64,000 nt of DNA, taken from NCBI GenBank assembly GCA_044892525.1, contig CM097888.1:69812001-69876000 (forward strand). The letters are read 5' to 3'. How positions within the stretch are numbered: position 1 is the stretch's first letter; every line of letters begins with the position of its first letter. Both the position numbers and the translations under genes were made by a program. Below, piece after piece: positions 14,143 through 25,380 of this stretch. The notes beneath the pieces were generated by a model. The model was given only the letters and a program-made list of their open reading frames with translations. It did not search any database and was not told the origin of the DNA. The DNA comes from Schmidtea polychroa. Lineage: Eukaryota.

Positions 14143-14325
14143 AAATTCAAATTTTGAGTAAAACTCAAATTGAAATCCAAATCCAAATTCAAATCCAAAT
14201 TCAAATTTTGAGTAAAACTCAAATTCAAATTTAAATTCAAATTTTGAGTAAAACTCAAATTCAAATCCAAATTCAAATTCAAATTCAAATTTTGAGTAAA
14301 ACTCAAATTCAAGTTCAAATTCAAA
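14143..14325. repeat. Compound minisatellite: (AAATTC/AAATCC)n interleaved with four copies of TTTTGAGTAAAACTCAAA
   Basis: Read directly. Each 18-mer contains the inverted repeat TTTGAGT-AAA-ACTCAAA. Confidence 0.85.
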
Positions 14326-14968
14326 TTATGTGTTTCTAGATTTCGTTCTTATTATAGGGTCGAGCAATAAAGTTTTTTAAAGCAGATCTTGATTGTTGAT
14401 CTGAATGATCTGCAAAAAAACACATTTTGGCATCGATTAATACCAGTTCCTGTCAGTTGTAATAACTAAATTCGATCATAATATTCAAATTCAAATAGTG
14501 AAATGGGTTTAAAATAATGGATCATTTCGTCGGACTGCTCAGATTCCAAGCATCGGAAATTATAAAATAATTTAGTGGGTCGTGCGGTATTTAGTGTTCA
14601 ATTAAAGAAAGCGTTTATCAACTGTTAGATTAAAACAATAATTACTAAGTAGCTGAGCTCATCTGCGATTGATCTAGATATTGAAAATTGGTTTCACGGC
14701 TCATCAAGCACTCTGTCCAGCCGTAAATTCACATTATAATGAACTATAAATATATAATGATTAGTCAATTGTTCAAGATGATGTTTTTCTCACGTTATTA
14801 TTACTGACTAGTGTTGATATTACTGACTAATTATCTCATACTCAACGGTTAAATAGCTTAATAATTATTTGTTTTATTTAACCATGGGAATAGAAAAGAG
14901 AAAAAGAAAAGCAAAAAGAAATTTAAATTGTCAGATTTATTTATTTACAATTTGTAAAGTGGATAAAA

Positions 14969-17900
14969 TTATGAATCCATGTACGGTCGGAATGTGATTT
15001 CTGATTTCTTTATTGACGCAATATTAACGCAGGCATTCGACTGGGTGGGAAAAGTGGAAATCTGAGTTTCGTGTTGGTCTAAGTAACAACGTGATACCGG
15101 TGGAATCATGATTGTAGGGCATTCTACTGGACAATTGGGTTTAATGGCTGGAATGTGGGAAAAATTTGCAACACCATGATATGGCATTAATTTGTTCGTA
15201 CTCATAAAAGCGGCTAAAGCTGTTTCTGTGGAAATCGTTTCGAATTTCGACGAAGGTTGAGTTGGTGAATGACCAAATTGTGATGTGAAATTGTAATAAG
15301 CTCTAGCACTATCCAACAAATAGGAGTAAAGAAATGGATCTGAATCTGAAATATTTCGTGATCAATTAGAAGATATTATTATATTTATTATTATTATTAT
15401 TATTTAAAACAATAAAATGATAAATGCTGCTNNNNNNNNNNNNNNNNNNNNNNNNNNNNNNNNNNNNNNNNNNNNNNNNNNNNNNNNNNNNNNNNNNNNN
15501 NNNNNNNNNNNNNNNNNNNNNNNNNNNNNNNNNNNNNNNNNNNNNNNNNNNNNNNNNNNNNNNNNNNNNNNNNNNNNNNNNNNNNNNNNNNNNNNNNNNN
15601 NNNNNNNNNNNNNNNNNNNNNNNNNNNNNNNNNNNNNNNNNNNNNNNNNNNNNNNNNNNNNNNNNNNNNNNNNNNNNNNNNNNNNNNNNTTCTCAAAGAT
15701 CAAAATATTAACTAAAAATGCCAAAGACGTCTCTATTATAAATTGCTTTTCGAAAAAAATTAACTTTATTTATTGAACACTATAAAACCAAAATACTGGA
15801 GAATTACACAGAGTGCTGACAGGCAACTTTCTAGATTTTACGAATCCTTTACAATATTGACAAAGCCAGAATGTCACTACCTTAAAAATGTTATCCATTA
15901 TCTTAAATGTTTATTATTATTTTGAAATATTTTTTTCAAAACTACAAAAACCTAAGTTCCTATGATAATAATTATTAAATTGTTTATTGTTTTGTCATCG
16001 TCAGTTTTAACAAAAATAAAATATGAAAACATATTTCCATTTATCAAGAACAAATACCGGAAGGTCACCATTTGCAGTGTTCTACAGTCGCAAAATTTGA
16101 TTTTAACAAAGATAAATATAACTTAGAGATTTGGTATAGAATAAAATCCATTGAAGGCTTTCTAAATTTCACGTTTTAGTGAAAATTGTGAAGTTGGTTT
16201 TAGTTAACCATGAATAAATTTGGTCTATATTGACTAATGTTAGTCAATCTGCTAGATTTCTGTGGTCCATTAACCGTTTTGCTTTAATTAAAAAATTTTA
16301 CACACGAAATTGTGACTTCTGTACCTTTAAAAAGTTTTTGTAAATTCACATGTTCAAATTCGAAAACTTATACATGAGTTGAGTTAATTTCAATATAGCT
16401 AACTCTTCTTTCACAAAATCAAAACATTTGAATAAATCTTGGTCAGTAAATATACATAGTTTTCCTTAAGTTTTTACGAGTTGAAGAAAGTCTATGGTTA
16501 ACAATGTTTAATGAATGAATAAATGTATTTTTAATTTATATTTTATTTTTATAATTATTGGTTTACAATAATTCAAACATATTGCGTTTGCGAAATGACA
16601 AATATCTCAGTGAAATAGCAATAAATGGTATAATTCTGGTTACATGAATGTGACAAATGTGGAACAGTGGTGAAGAATGTAATGAAGAAATTGTGAGAAC
16701 TTTTTTAAGGAAAGCTTTTAAATACAGAATTATTCGGGCATAAGAAAAAACTATTTTTGACAAGGCTCTATTCATAATTTTCCTCAATGTGGGTGTTCTA
16801 ATGAACTAGGTGATAAACTAGAAAATGGTGAAGAGTATCTTCAATTAAACTTGCATTTGTCAATACAACAACCCGCAGAAGAACTCCAAATTCTACCAAA
16901 TACACTTCATCAAATGATTAAACAAGATTTCGGATCCACGTTCAGAAAACTGACAACGGTGCAATTTCTCAACGAGGGAGGTTATGGATTGGAAAAATAC
17001 GAATCAAGACCATGACCTCCACGAAGCTCTGATTTGACTTCAAGTGATAATGCACTACGATGTAATCTTAAATCGATATTCTTAAAATATTCTTAAATAA
17101 TTAACCAAAAAAGTCGTAGAGCTGAAACCAGATATAACCGCTGAATTACATCATTTTTCTTAAAAATTCCTGAGACGAAACGATTCGTGTAACTTCCAGC
17201 GAATGCATCTATACTTAATATACAGGATTATAATATGGCAATTGGATAATTTCTTGAATTAAACAATCGAGACACTATCAAAAGTGTTGGAAGACAAGGA
17301 AGTATAGGATATGGATAACAAAATTCACAGAAATTAGGAAATGAATATAAAAGTGGAGTTTGATATTACATAAATTTACAGAAAAAAAACAAGTCTTAGT
17401 AACAAATTACCGTATTTTAGCGCATATAACGCGCGCGGTATCTGATTACAATAAACAATAAAACCGATGGTAGGGTTACTGTCACATCATAAAAATATTT
17501 CCACTGGCAATGCCGCCACGTGTAAAATATAAATCATAAAGCGCGCACCCACAGATACCGCGCATTGGGGGTGCACGGTTTGTAAAAATGCGTATAACGC
17601 GCGCGTTATATGCGCTAAAATACGGTATTAGTGGTGACAAAAATTGATTTTATATGAAAATCTGAAGTGCCCAAATAAGTAGTCAAACCCCAAATGGACT
17701 TCCAAATTAAGTTTTTACTCCTGAACATGTTGATGTAGTCGAACTAGATTGAAATGATTAATCACTTTGGTGAAACCGTTACCACAGATATTTCCTTCCA
17801 GAAACCGAATGGTTTACAAGCAACTTTGTTAGGAAAACATCCAGGATTTATCATTCGAAAAGTAGTTATAGTCTTACATGATTGATCAAAAAGTTGGGCT

Positions 17901-18174
17901 AAAAAATAATGCTTCGTAGAAACTTCCAAAACTATTGAAATAAAATAATTTTGCAATGAAAAATTGTCATATTTTTCCACTACATTCTCTTGGTTGTGGC
18001 CCCTGCTATTCGATTATTACATTATAATATCGAATGTTAAATTAAAGTAAATTCATTTTAATAATACTTTCTTCAGTAAAAAATATTACATGGTTATCAA
18101 ATGCTTTATCGTTTCGAAAAAAAAAATTTTCAGTACAACAATATATAGATATTTAAAAAATATTCAAACAATAA

Positions 18175-18249
<75 letters not shown>

Positions 18250-19237
18250 TTCATTACTATTATCATTTCAAAGCTATAAAACTGAATTACTAAAAATTAA
18301 TTTCCCAATCATATAATTAGTAATTAAAGAAAACAAAAACAGTTTATAGAATCCAATAAGTTTTAATTAATTATATTTGAAAATTGCATTGAGTAGAAAT
18401 AAAGTCGTGAAATGAATTTTTATTTTCCCTATTTAATCAACAAATAATTGCAGATATTGCTCCTAAATTGGTGTTGCGTTTTCCCTTGCATATCAATCAC
18501 TACATAACTTGCAGGAACCTCGCCCAATTCATAATTAACGAGGCGAGCATAACTAACCACTTGTTACCTTAGTTCAGTTGGGTTTTATGACGGTCATAAC
18601 TTTTATTATTCGTTGATTGAATATTTATATTCTTATCAGCAACCCCTCCTCGAGTAATTATTAATACTACCAGATTTTCAGATAATAAAACCACCATTGT
18701 GAAAATCGTCCAAATTTCCCGCTAATTATATTTCTAACACTTAACTGAGTTGATCAATAATTATTTATTGTTATTATTTTTTTATTTTAATACGCTAAAC
18801 TAATTTCCTCACTTGCCAATATCTGCGGTATGTTTATAGTCGTCAGTTGGCGTTTTTCCTTCATTCGACGATTCTGAAACCACACCTGCGGAAAAAATAA
18901 TTCAACAGTCTGAGTAATTTAATCAATATATTTGTCCTACTTTAATGGTCGATTCTTTTAATCCCAATTCTTTGGCCAATTCCGTTCTTTTTAATCTTGA
19001 TAAATATTTTTCCCTTCTGAATTCTTGTTCTAACCTATTAATTTGATTTCTTGAATAATTTGTTCTATAGCGTTTCATTTGATCACTATTCTCATAAAAA
19101 TCAATTGAATGATTATCGCCGTGTTCGTCACCGGATGTCGACTTATTCATTTCGCCTGTTGAAAGATTATTTATTAATACTGACGAAAAAATTTTAAAAA
19201 GTAGTAACTTACTCAAATGATTAGAATTCATTTGCAT
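14969..19237 (-). CDS. evx: Even-skipped/Evx homeodomain transcription factor, 4 coding exons, ~229 aa
   Basis: Exons 19237-19213, 19155-18941, 18885-18813 and 15345-14969 total 690 nt, with GT-AG introns of 57, 55 and ~3470 nt and consistent phases. Homeodomain KRYRTNYSRNQINRLEQEFRREKYLSRLKRTELAKELGLKESTIK|VWFQNRRMKEKRQ, followed by the Evx-like DPFLYSYLL motif and C-terminal FRPY (cf. Eve FKPY Groucho motif). The first exon and start codon are least certain. Confidence 0.9.
15432..15690. other. Assembly gap (259 N) inside evx intron 3
   Basis: Run of N. Confidence 1.
16790..17200 (+). mobile_element. Tc1/mariner-type transposase remnant in evx intron 3
   Basis: VQFLNE..GRLWIGK...*PPRSSDLTSSD...NLKSIF resembles the WPPRSPDLTPLD motif around the third catalytic residue. 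Heavily decayed. Confidence 0.55.
17410..17625. mobile_element. Tc2/pogo-like MITE (216 bp)
   Basis: TIR CCGTATTTTAGCGCATATAACGCGCGCG matched by CGCGCGCGTTATATGCGCTAAAATACGG. TA duplication at 17408-17409 and 17626-17627. Confidence 0.9.
18174..18250. repeat. (ATT)n microsatellite
   Basis: Read directly. Similar tracts at ~21980-22040, ~23008-23095, ~34866-34942 and ~38147-38222. Confidence 0.95.
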
Positions 19238-19291
19238 TGTAATTTGGAAACAGTTGGTAATAACAATTATTGATTGAAATATGTTTTTATC

Positions 19292-19335
19292 GGCCAATCA
19301 ACTGAGTACTGATTCGCCGATGAATTTGATTGGTT
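19292..19335 (-). promoter_or_regulatory. Possible CCAAT boxes upstream of evx
   Basis: GGCCAATCA at 19292-19300 and GATTGGTT at ~19328, 55-95 nt upstream of the inferred ATG. Position only. Confidence 0.3.
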
Positions 19336-20089
19336 ATTTATTAGCAGCAAACGACAAAGATTATTGGTTCATATAACCGTAATTTTACACTGATTGAAAT
19401 TTCTCTGAACAAGTAAATGACATGATTTTCTATTTGTATATTAATTTAGTTTTTAATGAATTAAATATAATTTCATTGTAATTTCATTTGTAATGTTTTT
19501 CTTTAACAGTGGTTCCTAATCTTTTTGAAGTTACGAAGCATTTTTTATAATTAAAAAAAATTTGAGGAGCACCAAAATCACATAAAAATATGATTTAACA
19601 ATAAAATGTGTAAGAAAAGTGTTACAAAAAAAATTGGAAAAAATCATAAAAAGTTCTAATTCTCACAATTTTTTCAAGATATTGAAACTAGAATAAAGTA
19701 ATATTATTATAGACTACAGTAAAAACCTACAAAATGAAATTTACATTTTTGATTTCTAGGTAAATATTGAATATTATAGGAACAATATTTTTTACATCAA
19801 TATATTACTGAAATCAATATTAAGAAGTTTGTTGATTAAATTTCTTTGTTACTCTAGAGTTAATCAAACCTAAACAGGCATAATTGTTATGTGAGTATAG
19901 TGATCATGGGCGTCGACTCATTTTCTAAATAATAGAATACAAAATTTTTGAAATTTTAATTAAGACATTAAAACACACTTTCGGTCTAAAAAATTCATTT
20001 ATATAGTATGAATATCAAAGAAATAAATCTAAAACAAAATAATAAAATAAATAATAAAATCTGTCATTTATTTTTGTCTTCCTAAAAAT

Positions 20090-20330
20090 AAAAATTGTAA
20101 TCTTCTCGGTATCTCTGTAAAATTGATATGGAAGTGATCACAAATTCTTCGTTGCCATCAATTCTCTTTCTATGTAAACTCATCGTGCAAAAACCTGACA
20201 ATCATTCTTCTGACATGGTTGACCTTGTCTTTACTTTTTGTAATATGCTAAATGAGAGTTCCACCGTACATGTTGTGATGGGCAGAGTGAGGCCAATTTT
20301 AATAGCTTGAAAAATTACAGGATAAAATCT
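20090..20330 (-). mobile_element. hAT dimerisation-domain remnant
   Basis: Minus-strand AIKIGLTLPITTCTVELSFSILQKVKT-RSTMSEE*LSGFCTMSLH. Confidence 0.65.
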
Positions 20331-21980
20331 TTTAGCCTTATCTAATAAATCTAATTTTTGCGTGCGTTAGTTTGTTTTTAAATAATGTTAGCATGTGTAA
20401 TAAACCTGTTTCCAACATGAAAAATTTAGAAGTATCGATGTCTTAGTGTTGAATTTTATACATTACAATACTACTAACTATTTTTAAAATTAAATTAATT
20501 AAATCTAATGAGTATTATTTATGTTCCCGTAATAATGAGAAAAATACAAATTCGTTTAAATATTATATTATATTTAATAAACTAAAAGGTTTTTCACATA
20601 TTCACTGCTTCAAACATATTATTTAAATTATCAAATAATACATTTTTAGCTTCTAAAACCAGTTCAGCAAATTATCAGATTGGCGAAGATTATGAAATTC
20701 AAACCATTCAAGAAAATCCTATTAAATTCAAATTTATAGAATCAAATAGCATTAACGAAGATAAACATTTCAAGTTGCAACACTTCAATCATGTTATCGA
20801 CTTTTCCAATTTAGTTCATCCCAATCATCAATATTCACGAGTTTTGGATCCCAGAGACTAGAAACAACGAAATAATCATGCCGATAAAAAATAGTGAGGT
20901 TGATTAGTCAACTAGATTAAATATTTAATGTTGGAATTATTATACTTATGTTACTCAACAAACTTTAAATAATTTCCAATTTGACTTACCTTATACAAAT
21001 GATTATAAATTGATAAATAATTGAATTAAACCAGTGAGAATACTTGAATATATTTGGGAACAAACAATTAGTATAATCAAAATAATTAAACGTTATCAAT
21101 AATCACTTTATATCCTAAATTAGCAATATATATTATGAAAAAGAGCATAAAATAGACTGAACTACATTTAAGTGGTGAACCACATTCGTCTTCATAAACT
21201 GATGTCATCTAAGTGGTTAACGAGGAGCATGTAGAATCAGAGATAATTAATCAAGATTTGTTTGTTCCATTAATAAAAAATTCAAAATTATATATAGCCA
21301 AATAACAAATAAACAATAAATTTACAAAATAATACACCAAACCATCTGCAAATCATTGGTAATAAAAAATATTTAAAATTTTTTGTATACTGTCAACAAC
21401 AAAGGTTCCGAAAACAACAAATATCACAAAAGTCATAATTTTTAAATTTGACACAAATTAATATTATATCAATCTTTGTTTCCCATAATTTTTGTTGACC
21501 TCATCACATCATATCATTTGATTGTCATTTGCGTTTTTATCCGTGTCCTAGAGCACTCGTCAAAGTTCTAAATGCCACGAAGAGCCTAACTATTTTATTG
21601 CTTCATGATTGCTCCACAAGTGCGGCGTCATGCTGCTGATGAAGTGCGAATGACTTGGCAAAGATTTGACATATCATTAACTATCTTGCATTTATTTTGT
21701 GTTGCTCGCTTACAGGGCAATAATCCCCATCAGAGATGCAAATTATAACCTGATTTATATCTAATTTATTGTTATAACATTGTCGCTCACATGGCTGTAA
21801 CAAATTGTAGTATTTAGTAAGTTAATAATTGTTGATGTAAGACCATTTAATCGGAATTTAATGGTCTGTATTTATAACAGGGTTTTCAATAAACACTTCA
21901 CAATTTTTATGGCTTATTTTATGTTTGATTATATTTTTTCAACCGACACAATTAAAATTTTCATATTTTTTATTCAATTC

Positions 21981-22044
<64 letters not shown>

Positions 22045-23004
22045 TTTTCAAGAAATAATTAAATTACTTTAATTTAAATAAATATATTTTTTAGAAGTAA
22101 GAAATATTTTTAGATTCCGTTTAAACATATATAAACAAAGTAACGTACTTATTATTAAAATAAAATGTTAGATTTCATTTATTTTATCCAACCTCAAATA
22201 TGCGATTATATATATATATATATTATTAATAAATTCAAAATAAATAATTATATAAATTATTAATGATCCCAGCGATCTTTGATCCTACAAATCATTGATG
22301 GCAGTGACAGGACAATAAGTGGAATGACCACTAAAATTCGGCTTTTAAGTGATTTATTGTTTTATTATAATTATATTTCAAACCCGGAAAAAAATTATTC
22401 AAGAAATGATAAATGATGTTTATTTCCCATATCTGCTGCACTGTTAATAATTATGAGTTTCATCACCTATTTGCTGCTATGATTTTATTTTATTTTTCGT
22501 TGTTTTTAATGGGATAATTTGCATTTTAAATGAGAGATTCATTGATGGAGAGAATGAGTTAATTAACAGAAATCCAACGATGGGTTTCTGCCACAAGATC
22601 ATGCATAATTAACACTATCAACAGATCTGACAATTAATTGTTGAATAGATATTGCAACACTAATATAAATTTATACACAAATATAAATTGGATTTTTCCC
22701 CCCGTTTCATTAATTTCTGTTTAAAATATTATATTAGACTTGAAAATATTATTTGAAAACATTAATAATTGGCCATCTCAATCAACTGTGATTATTGTGG
22801 GTTAATAAACTCCTTATTGTTTTATCTGACCGAAAATTATCTGGAAACTTATTGCAATTAGCTTGATCGGGGATACACATGACAGAATTCATTATGACAG
22901 CCCTATATATGTATATTTGCCAGTGTCGAGATAAGCAGTCTGCCTGCCAGTGACTCAAAACGGTCATTTTTATTTCATGCAATTTCATATTGTTCATTTA
23001 TGCA

Positions 23005-23097
<93 letters not shown>

Positions 23098-24365
23098 ATA
23101 CTTGTATTAAAAATTAAATATATAATAAAATATTATTAAATATATTAAAAATGCATGTATTAAAAAAATAAACACTCTTTAAACGCTAAAATAACGTTGA
23201 AATAAAAAGCATCAAACGAATATACTTATAAAAACTGAGAATCAAATCAATATCGAAAAAATTATTGAAAATCCATTAAATAGTAAAATGACAACTTTAT
23301 CTGATCATGAAAATGACGCACTAAACTACGTATGTTATATATGAAAGAAGAAGAAAATCACAATAGGAAGGCCACTTGACCACCCAAAAATGTCTTATCG
23401 AAAACAACAAGGTTACCAGTAACTACTAATAGAAGGAGAATAAGCAGATCGAAACATTAAATGAGTAATAAAAAGACTACAAAGCATGAAAGGAACAATG
23501 ATCGGAAAATAATATAAATAATAAAAAAATATCATTTCAAGTAGATCGCGACTACAAAAAATTCGGAACCTATGACAATACTCGGTGATAAAGAGGAATA
23601 CATAAAAATATCCTACAAATTGATCCAAAAATAGTGTGAAGACAGCTACGATTCCTCGATGACAAGTACAAAGCAAAAGGTATAACAATTTTAAACTACA
23701 ACAGAAATTAGAAGAAGCAGAAGCCCTTTAAAATTCGAGTATGAAAACAAACTTACAATTCAACGAAAAATTTGAAAACGATGAGCATGAGAGAAAAATT
23801 CAATAATAGATGAGGTAAAGAAAGAAATATTATCGACAAATTTATTGTAAAGTTTATTATTATTATAATTATTATTATTAAGTGATGATTTCTTGGTAGC
23901 AGCATTTATTATTTAAAACAATAAAATGATAATTTAAGCCTTTTGTTGCAAATAATGTATTTAATGAAAAAATTTTCGACTATGAGATAGTCCTTCTCAA
24001 TCAGAAGGACTATCTTATAGTCAAAATTTTCTCAATATTACCATACTATAATAATTTTAAATTAGTCTAAATACATTTATAGTTAAAAAATGAAATTAAA
24101 AATAAGAATTTTATTAAATTACAAAATTTTTACGGACAAAATTCCAGCTTTATTTTGAAGTTAGAACGGTTATAATTTAAACAATACTAGCATTAGTTTA
24201 ATTGGTAACTTATACATATTTAGTTTTATCGGTAATCAAAAACCTAGTAAGCAGAATTAAGTAGTTTCAGTAACAGAGTTGGTTATAAACTCAAGGAAAT
24301 ATGTAGCCATAACATCATCGTAACTTAATAACCTAATTATGCCAAAAAGACACATCCTTCTAGAA

Positions 24366-24714
24366 CAGGGGTTCCCGAAGTGTGACCATCGAACTGTTGT
24401 TGTACGGCTCGTGAGATCGTAATTGTTAAAAATATTTTGTCTTTTAATCAAAAAAAGTTCAGTTTAAGGGAATTCAAATTTATTTATACTTTTGACTTCT
24501 AAAATTAATATAAAAACAAATTTCAAGCAATAAAAAATATAACTTCTCATTTAAGGCAGCATTTTTTTGTAAGACACTTCCAATAAATATTATAATATAT
24601 TATAACTCGGAAAAGTCTATTATTACATTTTAAAAAACATTGTTGTATGTTGGCCTTTAAAATATTTTGGAATTTAGAATGTAGCCCCCCTAAATAAAAT
24701 TTTGGGAACCTCTG
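24366..24714. mobile_element. hAT-Charlie-like MITE
   Basis: TIRs CAGGGGTTCCCGAA and TTTGGGAACCTCTG. Flanks TTCTAGAA and TTTTAGGA (6/8) match the Charlie NTCTAGAN target preference. Confidence 0.8.
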
Positions 24715-25380
24715 TTTTAGGAAATTCATTTTTAACAATTTGTTCTTTCTACTATCTAATTTTTTTAACCGTAGTATTTTTAAATATCTGTATTTCTACA
24801 TAATTTTTCTTTTCATTTTATTCTTTATGTTTTTTATGCGATATCTTTCTGAATTTTCCATTATATTCGTTCATGTTTCTATTATTTCTTTTCTTATTGT
24901 TTGGATTTTTTGATGTAGTGTTTTGAAATTTTAACTTAAAGTTCGAGCTGATTCATATGCAATGAATTGTCATGACATTGAAACAATTCCATAAAACCCT
25001 TATTTTTTGATCAACAGTACAATAAATAAATATATATTCATGTTATTTGAAATTTTTTATTTTCACAGGACTTATTGTAGCGCTTTTTGTATTAACATAA
25101 TGTAAAATTTTATTCATATTAAAGTCAATTAAAAATTAATTAACGAAAAGTCAAACAATTTGTTTAAATATTAGTCACTAGAGATTGACAAAATGAATTG
25201 AAATTTAAATTAAATGTTAAATGACGTTAATTAATATAATTAGCATTACACTTAATAAAATTAAATAGTTTATTTAATTTTAAAATTTCTAACAAAGAAT
25301 TATAATTATTCTAGCTTTTCCTAATTGTTTGGTTAAATAAATTATCGCTCCAACTATTATACAATATTTCACTTCGCTAG

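Noticed and set aside
14143-14325. CRISPR-like repeat-spacer appearance
   Set aside because: Eukaryotic context, spacers are hexamer repeats rather than unique sequences, no cas genes.
16960-17000. FLNEGGYG resembling a kinase glycine-rich loop
   Set aside because: The surrounding sequence fits a decayed Tc1/mariner transposase (WIG, PPRSSDL) better, and no other kinase motifs are convincing.
18090-18293. Poly-Tyr, poly-Asn and poly-Leu ORFs (also 21861-22058, 34834-35037) and the NL-repeat ORF 14103-14324
   Set aside because: Translations of (ATT)n microsatellites or a minisatellite.
18923-19297. The track's 124-aa ORF as the full homeobox protein
   Set aside because: It starts at TTG, reads through a 57-nt intron and runs into intron 2; the spliced model restores WFQNRR.
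19507-19540. CAGTGGTTCCTAATCTTTTT, a Charlie-like TIR
   Set aside because: No matching right TIR or TSD found; too fragmentary to delimit.
21500-23000. Non-repetitive blocks upstream of evx with TAAT/TGAT-type motifs as enhancers
   Set aside because: Such short motifs are expected by chance in AT-rich DNA; needs cross-species conservation or chromatin data.
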